Virus record (IMG/VR): IMGVR_UViG_3300041405_000060
Span: 1-64,000 of that record
Reading direction: 5' to 3' (one strand)
DNA: 64,000 nt
From: a virus
In this document: positions 19,014 through 28,310 of the stretch, piece by piece
How positions within the stretch are numbered: the first letter of the stretch is position 1
Layout: every line of letters begins with the position of its first letter
Notes under the pieces: generated by a model
Told to the model about the DNA's origin: nothing
The model's database searches: none
Seen by the model: the letters and a program-made list of their open reading frames with translations, nothing else
Translations under genes and position numbers: made by a program

Positions 19014-19955
19014 ATGCCAATCAAATTAGATTGGATCGATCATAACGTGGGAGCTGAAAGCCGAAAGGTTTATCGCTCCCTAACAAAGATCGACCAGGGT
19101 AACTTAGGTACACCCTTAGCAACATTACCAGGAACAGCATTAACTTACACGGATACAACCGTTCAACGAGGTGTAACCTATCATTACGTTGTTACCAGTG
19201 TGGTAGGTGCAGACGAAGCCCCATCTGCAGAGTACATCATTGCTTATATTCCATATACTGGTCCTGGTCCACAAACGTTAATTCGTGGCACTTGGGATTA
19301 TGGTTACTTTGGGCGTGTTCCATTAGAAGACATTTTCTCGGCTGGCGAATTATGTAACATGTGCGGGATTACAGCTGCAACAGGTACACCAGATTTGTCA
19401 GCAGTTAACTATTGGCATAAAATCGTCTATAAAGGGAAGATTCTTTTCTATCCTAATGCCCGCATTGCATCTTCAGTAACGCCAGCAACACTGTATCAGT
19501 TAGGTTGGTTGTATGGCGCCCGTCCTTCGTCAGAATGGCCCGCAGCAATTAAAACACAATACGGGATCATCGACCAGTCCAAAATGCTTAATTCCGGTAT
19601 CCATAAGTTTTATGTTCGCGCCCCGACTTCGCGCAGTAATATGTTATCAACTAGTACAGCTGTTGCTGATTTGCGCGGCGGTGAGATTGATGCCGTCTTC
19701 GCCGGGGTATATTTGAACCGTGATTTTAACGTGGATAATATTCCAGCAATGGATGACTCTGTAGCTGTAATTAGTACGGGACAGTACATCATTACGGCAG
19801 ATTACTACTCTGGGACAGGAGCAGCGATTAACAGTGTTTATCGTGGTTGTTCGTCTACAGCAGCAGGTAATATTGATCAATTGCAACCAGCATATGGATT
19901 TAACTCCCCATCGGCTTCAGTTGTTTGGCGACCCGTGTTAGAACTCGTTACATAA
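19014..19955 (+). CDS. Virion protein, WRPVLEL paralog family member 4
   Basis: Same architecture, ends WRPVLEL. Confidence 0.6.
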   Translation: MPIKLDWIDHNVGAESRKVYRSLTKIDQGNLGTPLATLPGTALTYTDTTVQRGVTYHYVVTSVVGADEAPSAEYIIAYIPYTGPGPQTLIRGTWDYGYFGRVPLEDIFSAGELCNMCGITAATGTPDLSAVNYWHKIVYKGKILFYPNARIASSVTPATLYQLGWLYGARPSSEWPAAIKTQYGIIDQSKMLNSGIHKFYVRAPTSRSNMLSTSTAVADLRGGEIDAVFAGVYLNRDFNVDNIPAMDDSVAVISTGQYIITADYYSGTGAAINSVYRGCSSTAAGNIDQLQPAYGFNSPSASVVWRPVLELVT

Positions 19956-19957
19956 CG

Positions 19958-19993
19958 GCATAAAGCCTAGCCTTAGGGGCTAGGCTTTTATGT
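19958..19993. terminator. Bidirectional hairpin between convergent genes
   Basis: GCATAAA-GCCTAGCC-TTAGG-GGCTAGGC-TTTTATG. Confidence 0.7.
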
Positions 19994-20801
19994 TGCCTCG
20001 AAGCAACGCTTGGAAGTCTTCATCAATCGCACCGATTGGTGTGGCTTCTGTATCTGCTGCATCGTCTACCGGAGCTGCTAAGGAGCTCTTGATATTGATC
20101 AAACTAAAGTAACGAGCGTCAATGTAGTTAATGTCCATGTTGTGTTGAGTAACCAAACGGAAACGGAAGAAGTCGTGTTTCTTTTCTTCTAATGACAGTT
20201 CCGAAGGATCACGATCAAACAACTTAGGATGGATCACGTTGAAGTCCGACATCAGTGAACTTACAATAGCGACATGGTGATAACGAAACCAGTCTGCAAA
20301 TTCATAGATAATCATCCCACCGAATTCATCGGCTAGGGTAGCTACAGTCAACTCGGGAATTGTATAGTCAACTAACTTAACGTTTAGTTCAGTACCATAC
20401 TTGGCTTGGATGATATCGACCAAGGTGGCACGTTCAGCAGGTGTCATCACGTAAGGTGATACGTTAATGGCAAAACCTACTTCTTGTGAATTACGGGTCA
20501 TCCCATCCATGGCATTAATATCAGCCTCAGCTAATAGCTGATAAAGGAATGGAGCCATACCTGTTTCGAAACTAGCATTCAATGTAGCGGCACTATTCTC
20601 ACCACCACGGTTCTTGTAAGCTTCTTTAAACTCTTCGTTATCGATCAACCCACCTGTGAGTTTAGACCAGTCATCGAAGTCACGTTCCCAGTAGTCAGGG
20701 TTCTTTACCAAGGCTTTTGCTGCAGCTGGATTCATGTTAGAGATAACCCCTAACCGAGTATCCAACAACACATCAAGACTGATTAGGATTCTCCGGATCA
20801 T
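19980..20801 (-). CDS. Conserved jumbo-phage hypothetical protein (gp147-like by synteny)
   Basis: 273 aa; ISLDVLLDTRLG N-terminal motif; translationally coupled operon. Confidence 0.55.
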   Translation of the reverse strand: MIRRILISLDVLLDTRLGVISNMNPAAAKALVKNPDYWERDFDDWSKLTGGLIDNEEFKEAYKNRGGENSAATLNASFETGMAPFLYQLLAEADINAMDGMTRNSQEVGFAINVSPYVMTPAERATLVDIIQAKYGTELNVKLVDYTIPELTVATLADEFGGMIIYEFADWFRYHHVAIVSSLMSDFNVIHPKLFDRDPSELSLEEKKHDFFRFRLVTQHNMDINYIDARYFSLINIKSSLAAPVDDAADTEATPIGAIDEDFQALLRGNIKA

Positions 20802-21280
20802 TTAGTAGATCCTTTGATTCCAGCCTTAGCTAGAGTGGCCACAGTATCGCGCTCATGCGTCGATGCAACCAAAAGCATAAAGAGCCATGGGTTTTCTTTC
20901 AGAATAGCTGCTAGGGTACCTGTAGGAGCTCTGCGCTGCAGTGTGGTGTGGTCAATAACCCCGGAATCATCTGTATACATCTCTATCCGTTGGCAGAAGT
21001 AATGTACGCAGTCTGTGGGCAATTCCAGATCCAGCATAAAGGCAGATGTCGCTGACATCAGTAGAATATAGAATTCAGGGATATTACGGATATCGTCATA
21101 GACTCGACGAATGTACGATTCATTCTTACCTTCACGAAGAAGCTGATGAATCCGAATATTGGCAATCACTTGGATTAGGTTAGAGAGCAATGACTTTTCC
21201 CCTACTGGGTTCAAAGCCAAGAACTCTTCTAACCCTTCCACCCACGCATGGCGGATGGAATCGATTAGACGTGTGGTCAT
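20798..21280 (-). CDS. Hypothetical protein (gp148-like by synteny)
   Basis: 160 aa, 4-nt overlaps with both neighbours. Confidence 0.55.
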   Translation of the reverse strand: MTTRLIDSIRHAWVEGLEEFLALNPVGEKSLLSNLIQVIANIRIHQLLREGKNESYIRRVYDDIRNIPEFYILLMSATSAFMLDLELPTDCVHYFCQRIEMYTDDSGVIDHTTLQRRAPTGTLAAILKENPWLFMLLVASTHERDTVATLAKAGIKGSTK

Positions 21281-21945
21281 GTAAGGTTATTCCTTAACAT
21301 CATTGACGATAGGTATACCGACAACGTTTTGTTCGATTTGACGATACTTGGAGTTTCCGCCATGATCGAGTTGAGAGAAGCTTCACCCGTCTCCATGATC
21401 TGACGGTTCATTTGGTTGTAAGCTTCAGCGTCACCACCACGGAACTTAACCAGTTCCAATACAGCTGTGTTCAAACCTTTCGAAACGTTTACTTGAATCT
21501 CTGGGCCTGATAGACGTGAGCCTTTAGAGTCACCCGAAGCTTGACCTGAACGCTCATCCACTACGTGAGAAGAACCTGGGATCGAACGCTTCTTAGCGAG
21601 CATCTGTACTTGACGACGTAAAGGCAACATGCCGATCAAGTGTTTGTTTGGCGTTAGGTAAACTTGACCGGTGGATTGGTCAGTCAGTTTGAGTTGTTGG
21701 AACAGTTCGAAACCCAACGCATCTGCGACTTTGTAGTTTCGTTCAATGCTCAGTGTAACATCAGCTAAGTTAGGGGCGTAGAGAGTAACGTACTCTTTAC
21801 CACTTTCTAAGTTATCAATCCACTGGGCAAATTCTGCATCTGACATTCGCTTGAACATATCGGCCAGGAGCTGCTTGTTAGGGCTACCTGGCAAGAACAT
21901 GTCAATGAAATACAGTGCATCCTTTTCGGCTGCTTTGCGTGACAT
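21277..21945 (-). CDS. Virion RNA polymerase beta subunit, C-terminal piece (phiKZ gp149-like)
   Basis: RRQVQMLAKKRS...SGQASGDSKGSRLSGPE...ELVKFRGGD aligns with the RpoB C-terminal HLVDDKMHAR...GGQRFGEME...EMLTVKSDD region. Confidence 0.8.
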   Translation of the reverse strand: MSRKAAEKDALYFIDMFLPGSPNKQLLADMFKRMSDAEFAQWIDNLESGKEYVTLYAPNLADVTLSIERNYKVADALGFELFQQLKLTDQSTGQVYLTPNKHLIGMLPLRRQVQMLAKKRSIPGSSHVVDERSGQASGDSKGSRLSGPEIQVNVSKGLNTAVLELVKFRGGDAEAYNQMNRQIMETGEASLNSIMAETPSIVKSNKTLSVYLSSMMLRNNLT

Positions 21946-21975
21946 CGTATTTCTCCAATAATGAATACTATACGA

Positions 21976-22272
21976 TTAGAGCGGATAGATAGCTCTAGCG
22001 TCATGAGCGACTGGAGGCAATCGGTTTGCACAGAAGAATGGTAGTACTGAACTACGATAAGTCATGCACCATTGCTCTAGGGTATAGTCATGATTCGTAA
22101 GGAACCAGAAGCGTGCCCATTCAGCGGGGTATTGGTTAATGATCCCATTCATGAAGATGGTCATTTCAGGAATGGTAGTAAGCGGGGTGACCATCCGACG
22201 ATTTAAATCTTCGGCTAGTTCTGGATCGATGGCACGGGTCATCTCGAAGATGAATTGATTATAGGAAGTCAT
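21976..22272 (-). CDS. Hypothetical protein
   Basis: 98 aa ORF in a minus-strand operon. Confidence 0.55.
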   Translation of the reverse strand: MTSYNQFIFEMTRAIDPELAEDLNRRMVTPLTTIPEMTIFMNGIINQYPAEWARFWFLTNHDYTLEQWCMTYRSSVLPFFCANRLPPVAHDARAIYPL

Positions 22273-22288
22273 ACGTTGGTCCAGTTAA

Positions 22289-22633
22289 CTAAAGCTCTCC
22301 GCAATAATTAACTTCTGTTATGTTTGAAAGGAATTTGGTGATAAGGTGCCGGTGACAAAATTTACCGGCAGAGCAGTAGCAACCGAATGCAATGTTTTCA
22401 TGGCTTATCAACCACTCGAAGAATTCTGGATAAGTGAAGTAACGCCACTCCAGCATTGCCATGTAGTGAGCTTCATATTGCTCAGGAGTAATGGCATTGG
22501 ATTTTACGCCCATTACGATCTCCCATGTGGGAGCTAATTGCCACATACCCGATTTAACGGTAGTGTCGTAATAAGGGATATTACCAAAGACTAAGTTCTC
22601 AAGCTTGCCTAACTGGAATGTGTATACGTTCAT
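22289..22633 (-). CDS. DUF488-like protein
   Basis: LAPTWE...Y...L...GCYC...CHRHL motif. Confidence 0.6.
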   Translation of the reverse strand: MNVYTFQLGKLENLVFGNIPYYDTTVKSGMWQLAPTWEIVMGVKSNAITPEQYEAHYMAMLEWRYFTYPEFFEWLISHENIAFGCYCSAGKFCHRHLITKFLSNITEVNYCGEL

Positions 22634-22636
22634 TTT

Positions 22637-23065
22637 TTAAGTCTGTTGTTGATGTTCAGGTATGGACCAAGGCCCACCGGTTTTACTATCAATAACGCTG
22701 ATCGTTTTGTTCTCGCTGTCGTAATTAATCGTTACATTACCTGGTGCTCTGATGGTTATTTTATTATTCTTATCCGTGTCGATAACGATTATTTGACTAT
22801 CGCTGTAGTAACGCCCAAAGCCCCCACGTTTAGGTGGTGATGCTGGAGCTCGCGGTTTGGTAGTAGGTAATGGCTTACGATAAACCCATTCACCTCCACG
22901 ATAGTTGTTATCCCAACCAGGTTGTCCTTCTTTACCTACAGGACAGAACAAACCAGTGCATGTGGTTTCTCCATTCTTGAACTTACATCGATGTTTAAAC
23001 AGCCATTTGAATGGAGCAGTGACCGGTAACAACAGAAAGCGTACAACATCTCCAGCATAACTCAT
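22637..23065 (-). CDS. Hypothetical protein, Cys-containing N-terminus
   Basis: 142 aa, GGAG RBS, coupled to the upstream ORF. Confidence 0.5.
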   Translation of the reverse strand: MSYAGDVVRFLLLPVTAPFKWLFKHRCKFKNGETTCTGLFCPVGKEGQPGWDNNYRGGEWVYRKPLPTTKPRAPASPPKRGGFGRYYSDSQIIVIDTDKNNKITIRAPGNVTINYDSENKTISVIDSKTGGPWSIPEHQQQT

Positions 23066-23265
23066 GGATATTTCTCCGGACGCGCTTCACGATAACGTCG
23101 AATGAAGTCGGCTCCTTTAGTTGGGTTTCTTTTGCATTTGGGATGTTCGCAATGGAACGTAGCAGGTGCATTAACATCACACCTGCAAATGCCAGAGTAA
23201 GTTTCGGGCACAATAAGTGCCCTTAACGTAACTAAGTCGAAGAGCTTAAGCAGCAGCTGCCGCAT
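23062..23265 (-). CDS. Small Cys/His-rich protein
   Basis: ATG 23265 with GGAGG RBS; CRC...HCEHPKC. Confidence 0.5.
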   Translation of the reverse strand: MRQLLLKLFDLVTLRALIVPETYSGICRCDVNAPATFHCEHPKCKRNPTKGADFIRRYREARPEKYP

Positions 23266-24676
23266 TCTGAACCTCCAGTGGAACGATCTTCGCTTTGTCT
23301 TCTTTCGACATCCAGTAAGGCTTGTACTCAAAGCGCAGCATGCGGATCAGGTCCATAGTCGACAAGAACTTCTTCTCACAGAGATGTTCGTCTTCCTTAA
23401 GCATCCAGTAACCACGAGTGCTCAACAGAACCTCCCAGTCGTAACCCATCTTCACCAGACCATCGTACAGTTCTTGTGGAGTAGGGATATCCAATTTGCG
23501 CTGGAACTGAATCAGCTGCAACATTTCAGATTGGATCTCTACAGCACGACGCAGCTTTTCATCGCTGTTAAGTTTCTGACGAACTTTGGTACGAGACAGT
23601 GCAACGTTTGGACGCAGTTCAACGTAGTAGTTCTGTACGTTACCACCGATACCGAAACCGTTCTCTTTGCAGTAGTGGAATTCAGACAGAGCTGGCAACA
23701 CACCTTCCGATTGAGCAACGATGATTGGGAATGGCAGGTCAGAGATTCCACCTTTCGAACGCAGGTTCTTAACTTCCAAAATACGGAGGTCAGAGTCACC
23801 TTGCATAGCCGTAGCGTTGTCCAACGGATAGATAGGCATCTTATCATTGTTGAGCAATGGCTTGTTCGACGTTACGTCGTATACGTTGTTAGGTAGAGAG
23901 TAGAAGCCACCCGATACACCTTTCAACACGGTATCTTTCTTCATACCGGTCAGGTTACGTTTATCTGTAGGGTACATCTCCATGTTGATGATGTCACCAA
24001 CGTGAGCAGTCAGAATGAAGTGGGTACCAGTTTTGGCTGCAACTTGTGGAAGCTGGTTGAACAGTTGGTTCTTAGCTTTACCGTTAGTCATCGCATCGGT
24101 GTTGTTCTTGCCGTCACCGATCTTGTTCTTGGCGTACATCTCATCTACAGCAGAAACAATGAACTTCGAGAACGAGTCAATGAAAGCTGTGGTAGGTTGC
24201 AGACATTCTTTTGGCTTACCATCTTTGTCAGCAAACGGAGTAGTACGTGTGTGGTTCTTTGGCTCTTTCGCTTTTGCATCCAGAGCTTTACGCAGGGTGA
24301 AAAAGAACTCGTCACCGGTGTACTGAGACAAGTCAGTGAACATGAACTGTGGATCGTCGTTGAAATCGATCGCAGCGATCTCAGGGAAGTGCTGTGCGAT
24401 GGACGAGAAACGAGCAACTGGATTCAGTGTACCTTCTGTATCGTAGACCATCGAGTGGGAACCAGGCATGGCACGACGAACCATAGCTAGCATGTAAACA
24501 CCCAGCGCAGTCTTAAAGTTGTTTGGACGAGATACAATCCCGTTCAACGCACCCAGACCACCGTTGAGGATCATCTCCCCATGTTCGCCTTCCTCATAAT
24601 GGCCAGACGAAATGTCCATCAAACAACCTACGTTAACTGCAGGTCGAAAGGATGGTTTCTTAAACTCTCCGAACAT
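23246..24676 (-). CDS. uvsX: UvsX/RecA-like recombinase (phiKZ gp152-like)
   Basis: Walker A-like SRPNNFKT, YDTEGT, Walker B FIDSFS, ILTAHVG. Confidence 0.85.
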   Translation of the reverse strand: MFGEFKKPSFRPAVNVGCLMDISSGHYEEGEHGEMILNGGLGALNGIVSRPNNFKTALGVYMLAMVRRAMPGSHSMVYDTEGTLNPVARFSSIAQHFPEIAAIDFNDDPQFMFTDLSQYTGDEFFFTLRKALDAKAKEPKNHTRTTPFADKDGKPKECLQPTTAFIDSFSKFIVSAVDEMYAKNKIGDGKNNTDAMTNGKAKNQLFNQLPQVAAKTGTHFILTAHVGDIINMEMYPTDKRNLTGMKKDTVLKGVSGGFYSLPNNVYDVTSNKPLLNNDKMPIYPLDNATAMQGDSDLRILEVKNLRSKGGISDLPFPIIVAQSEGVLPALSEFHYCKENGFGIGGNVQNYYVELRPNVALSRTKVRQKLNSDEKLRRAVEIQSEMLQLIQFQRKLDIPTPQELYDGLVKMGYDWEVLLSTRGYWMLKEDEHLCEKKFLSTMDLIRMLRFEYKPYWMSKEDKAKIVPLEVQNAAAAA

Positions 24677-24773
24677 GTTTTTTCCTCGTTGATGTTATAG
24701 AGCAATCAATTAATTGAGTTCAAGCGTAATTTTATGTCTAGACTCCAAGAATCATTAACACAAGGTAGCTACC

Positions 24774-25640
24774 ATGTCTCTCTTTACACGCTATGGTACG
24801 AACGAAGTCGTATCTAACGAATCGGCTGATAATGTTCAGATCGATCCAATCCGTCAGTTCTACGTTGCATGCGAAAGTATTTCCATGGAAGCTGCCGAGA
24901 TGGGTGCAATCTCCGGTTGGTTCGCACGTATGGGTGCAAACGTTTCTATGTCCATCAAACGCGGCTTCGAGCTGATGACCACGTTTAACTGGGCACCCCT
25001 GACCACGCTGTATCCAAGCAACATGAACACTGTTATGCGCTCGCTGGATTACATGGAGATTCAATCTACTCCGGTATCCATGCCTCGTGGCTTTACTGGT
25101 AACCTGCACGACTACGTGATGGGTATGGCTCCACGCATTGCAACTGCGGTCAATGTCAAAGCTACTGTTATCGATCCAGCTATTAAACGTCTGGGTTACT
25201 ACGTCACCAACCCAACTGAACGTGGTGATCGCCGTGACTTCCCAGGTGGGGCTGCTGATGCCACACAACTCGCTAAGTTCCTGGCTGATGAAGCTAAGTT
25301 CTTTAAAGCTGGTAATGACGCAACCACAATGTTCGGTAATCTGTTCTCAAACAACGCTGAATTCGTTAAAGCTGAATTCCAGATGGTCGAGTACGGTAAG
25401 CTGTTGGCTCAGGCCTCCCCAGAACAGGTACGGGCGTCTGTAGAGCAATTGGTAGCCGTTGCCCAAGGTTTGTTCAAGTCGTTGTCCTCAGAGCGTGACC
25501 CAGCCTCTAAGCAACTGATCCAAACAATCGGCAATGAACTTGCTACAGTAGCAAAATGGGTAGAATGGTACGCTATTCAAATTACCCGTCTGACCGAAGT
25601 CAACCAAGTCTTCGCTCAACTAGAGAAAGAACTCCGCTGA
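24774..25640 (+). CDS. Head protein (phiKZ gp153-like)
   Basis: 288 aa; N-terminal propeptide with SNE/ACE/SME protease motifs; synteny. Confidence 0.6.
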   Translation: MSLFTRYGTNEVVSNESADNVQIDPIRQFYVACESISMEAAEMGAISGWFARMGANVSMSIKRGFELMTTFNWAPLTTLYPSNMNTVMRSLDYMEIQSTPVSMPRGFTGNLHDYVMGMAPRIATAVNVKATVIDPAIKRLGYYVTNPTERGDRRDFPGGAADATQLAKFLADEAKFFKAGNDATTMFGNLFSNNAEFVKAEFQMVEYGKLLAQASPEQVRASVEQLVAVAQGLFKSLSSERDPASKQLIQTIGNELATVAKWVEWYAIQITRLTEVNQVFAQLEKELR

Positions 25641-25642
25641 TG

Positions 25643-25681
25643 GCATAAAGGCTTCCCCTAGGGGAAGCCAATATGTCGTTA
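25643..25681. repeat. 39-bp palindromic terminator element, exact inverted copy of 35774-35812
   Basis: GCATAAAGGCTTCCCCTAGGGGAAGCCAATATGTCGTTA. Confidence 0.85.
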
Positions 25682-26092
25682 TGCGATAACCACAGGTGAA
25701 GCACAAATCGCGAACACCCGTTGAATGTCATTACGGAATGTATCTTCATCAGAGTACCGCAGCCAGCAAGGGATTGCCTTGCGAATACGATTCCATCCAC
25801 AGTCCGGGGAGCTTTTGGCTTCATTAAGACTTGGGATGTCCCTTAAACAATGATCCGCAATGCAAGTAGGGAATTTCAATGCATTAGCGTCACGGACCAA
25901 ACACATCTGGTCATTCATTGACATTGCTTTTGCATAGCGTTCCCGTACAACATCACCGCCGACCCACTTAGAGTGGATAATGGCTAACACACACATCCTT
26001 TTAAAATCATTGTCTAACTTAGCGCACCAGCGCAACCCGATTCGTGTAAAGAACCGGGCAATGACCTTACGGAGAGAGGTTAGTAGTTTCAT
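25679..26092 (-). CDS. Hypothetical protein (gp154-like by synteny)
   Basis: Start moved to ATG 26092 downstream of the RNase H stop; 137 aa. Confidence 0.55.
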   Translation of the reverse strand: MKLLTSLRKVIARFFTRIGLRWCAKLDNDFKRMCVLAIIHSKWVGGDVVRERYAKAMSMNDQMCLVRDANALKFPTCIADHCLRDIPSLNEAKSSPDCGWNRIRKAIPCWLRYSDEDTFRNDIQRVFAICASPVVIA

Positions 26093-26102
26093 GGAATACC
26101 CG

Positions 26103-27551
26103 CTATTTAGGTAGAATGAACTGTGTGTACGGACTCTGGTAAATTGCAGAACCTTCGTCCGTTTGGAACACAGTCGCGTATGTGTAGGCACGAGGCCCAA
26201 CAGCAATGACCAACACTTCTACCTTCGTATACCCAGCACCAATCCGATTCAGTTGATTTCGAGTTGGAATGTCCAACCCCAAGCACAACTTCAAGTCCAC
26301 TTCTTGCCCGCGGAATTGAATCTTCGGATTAATCGACTCCGTGTTCTGAGTAATCGATTTCAGAAGTTGTCGGATCTCTTTCTTTCCAGACGAGACCTGC
26401 TCGAAAAATGCGGATGTAATATCAAATGTTTCAACCCCTTCACCCAACTTGCCTGTCAGGTAATCGTCCAACTGTCGCTGGAGCTGTTGGAAGGTCGCTA
26501 CGGCATCGTTTGCCCGTCGCGGTGGGTTGAGAGTACGGCTGACCAACTTGTAGTCGGCTGTGGACAATACCAGAATGTCTGTGTGCTTCGACAACAGATC
26601 AGCATTCGCCGTTTCAATACGGTTACGAATCTGAGCGTTGAACACGTTCGACAAGTTCAAGATCCCGAGTTCCGGGTTATCACTTGGAAAACACGCAGCG
26701 TGCATAGCAATCACTTGCTCCAGATAAGCATCTGGTTCGTACGCTTTGTAGACACCGAATGTTGCTTCGGAGATCGGACGACCAATTAACAGATCAGCTT
26801 TGGCTAATTTATCTTTCGGTGTGTCTTGCGGTTTAAAGCCGTAATTATGCATCCGACCCAGGCTATACATGTAGTAGTATCCGTCAGGATCTTCTCCAGT
26901 ATTAAACCCGAACAACAAACGCGATTCCAGAACCAGTGGATTTACCGGTTGCTTCTTTAGCTTGTTGACCTTTTCGCCTTCTTGTTTGATCTCTACCGGT
27001 GCGGCTTTGACTTCATGTCCCGCACCCAACAAAGCGTTCGCATCTGCTTTGTCGTTACCCATGTCGTTGGAGTGACCTTTAACCCATAGCAGATCAAGCT
27101 TACGCTTCGGTTCTTCCCACGACTTCTTCAGTTCAACCAGACGTTTCCAATAGTCAACGTTTGCAACTGGCATCCCATCAGATTTAATCCAATCATTCTT
27201 CGCCCACTTTGGAACGTACTGCGTTAGACCCTTACGGACGTACTCGCTATCCATCAGCATAGTCATCTGTTTCGCAGGTGTCTTTATCGCATATTCAAAT
27301 GCTCCGATCGCAGCACCAAGTTCCGCTGTGTTATTAGTAGGATTCTTCTCGATTGCCCCATAAGCATCGATGTATTCAATCACAGACACAGTTTCCGAAG
27401 CCGGTACGTCTTTATACCCTTTAGCTGTCGGTTGCTGTTTAGTCGCTGCTTTAGAAGACATCGCAACGTCGCTATAGGTGTAACCGTGAATGCCCCAACC
27501 TGCTTTATTCTGGCGGAATGAACCGTCAGTATAAAGAACAATACCATCCAT
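26103..27551 (-). CDS. rnhA: Ribonuclease HI with long C-terminal extension (phiKZ gp155-like)
   Basis: LYTDGS, TNNTAEL, DSEYV, WVKGH...GNDKAD motifs; ATG 27551 with GAGG RBS. Confidence 0.9.
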   Translation of the reverse strand: MDGIVLYTDGSFRQNKAGWGIHGYTYSDVAMSSKAATKQQPTAKGYKDVPASETVSVIEYIDAYGAIEKNPTNNTAELGAAIGAFEYAIKTPAKQMTMLMDSEYVRKGLTQYVPKWAKNDWIKSDGMPVANVDYWKRLVELKKSWEEPKRKLDLLWVKGHSNDMGNDKADANALLGAGHEVKAAPVEIKQEGEKVNKLKKQPVNPLVLESRLLFGFNTGEDPDGYYYMYSLGRMHNYGFKPQDTPKDKLAKADLLIGRPISEATFGVYKAYEPDAYLEQVIAMHAACFPSDNPELGILNLSNVFNAQIRNRIETANADLLSKHTDILVLSTADYKLVSRTLNPPRRANDAVATFQQLQRQLDDYLTGKLGEGVETFDITSAFFEQVSSGKKEIRQLLKSITQNTESINPKIQFRGQEVDLKLCLGLDIPTRNQLNRIGAGYTKVEVLVIAVGPRAYTYATVFQTDEGSAIYQSPYTQFILPK

Positions 27552-27607
27552 TATGATGTCCTCACAAATAAACAAAACTATACTAGATTATTAACCAAGT
27601 CAGTCTT

Positions 27608-28003
27608 TTATTTGCAAGAGACTTGCCAATCGCGATGCGCTTTCTCCACACGCTTCCTTTCGGAATCAACGTGCTTCTCAAGCGTTTTGATATGCGCAGT
27701 CAGAATCGCGTCTATGTCTACTTTATCGTCTTGCGCAGGGTCGCTAAATTTTGGCCTAGGTGGTAGGTTACCGGCGGGCGGTAAACGGAACTCAGTGCAT
27801 GTTATTTTTGTTGTATCCACTGTGTGTTCGATGATTACCGGCTTCGGTTTAGGAGCAGAGGTCTCTTTTATTGTTTTCGTTGACACGCTGGAGGTGTTGG
27901 AGACATTGCTTGTGTGAGTCTCAGTGATATACACGAAACTTTGTGGTTGGTTTAAAACGCAACCGCTGCTCAAAAAGAACAGTAAAAATAGAACATAACG
28001 CAT
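27608..28003 (-). CDS. Lipoprotein (o-spanin-like)
   Basis: MRYVLFLLFFLSSGC signal/lipobox, GGAG RBS; Pro-rich linker, C-terminal helix ending in Cys-Lys. Confidence 0.55.
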   Translation of the reverse strand: MRYVLFLLFFLSSGCVLNQPQSFVYITETHTSNVSNTSSVSTKTIKETSAPKPKPVIIEHTVDTTKITCTEFRLPPAGNLPPRPKFSDPAQDDKVDIDAILTAHIKTLEKHVDSERKRVEKAHRDWQVSCK

Positions 28004-28022
28004 GGTTACTCCCATTGGTATT

Positions 28023-28310
28023 TTACTTGAGTAGTTCATCTAATCGCCGACGACGACCGTCGAGATCGGTAATTTCATAGGTAGCCTTGAGGTCCTTGAG
28101 TTCCCGAGCGATTACATGGTTCTCAGCTTTAACAACATCCAACTCAGTACCCACCCAGAAGATCGTAGCAAGCATAAGCATGATACAGAACAACATGAAA
28201 GTGATGTGCCGGTTTTCCAGCAGTACCTCTTTAATAGCGCGTTCACCGAAGATCGCACGTTTGAGGAACGGCCACAAGGAGAGCAAGGCTTGTGTAGTTA
28301 CGATGACCAT
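28023..28310 (-). CDS. Single-TM coiled-coil membrane protein (i-spanin-like)
   Basis: ITFMLFCIMLMLATIFWVG TM followed by a heptad-rich helix. Confidence 0.5.
   Translation of the reverse strand: MVIVTTQALLSLWPFLKRAIFGERAIKEVLLENRHITFMLFCIMLMLATIFWVGTELDVVKAENHVIARELKDLKATYEITDLDGRRRRLDELLK

Noticed and set aside
16094-19955. Diversity-generating retroelement
   Set aside because: No reverse transcriptase in the window and no near-identical template repeat differing only at adenines
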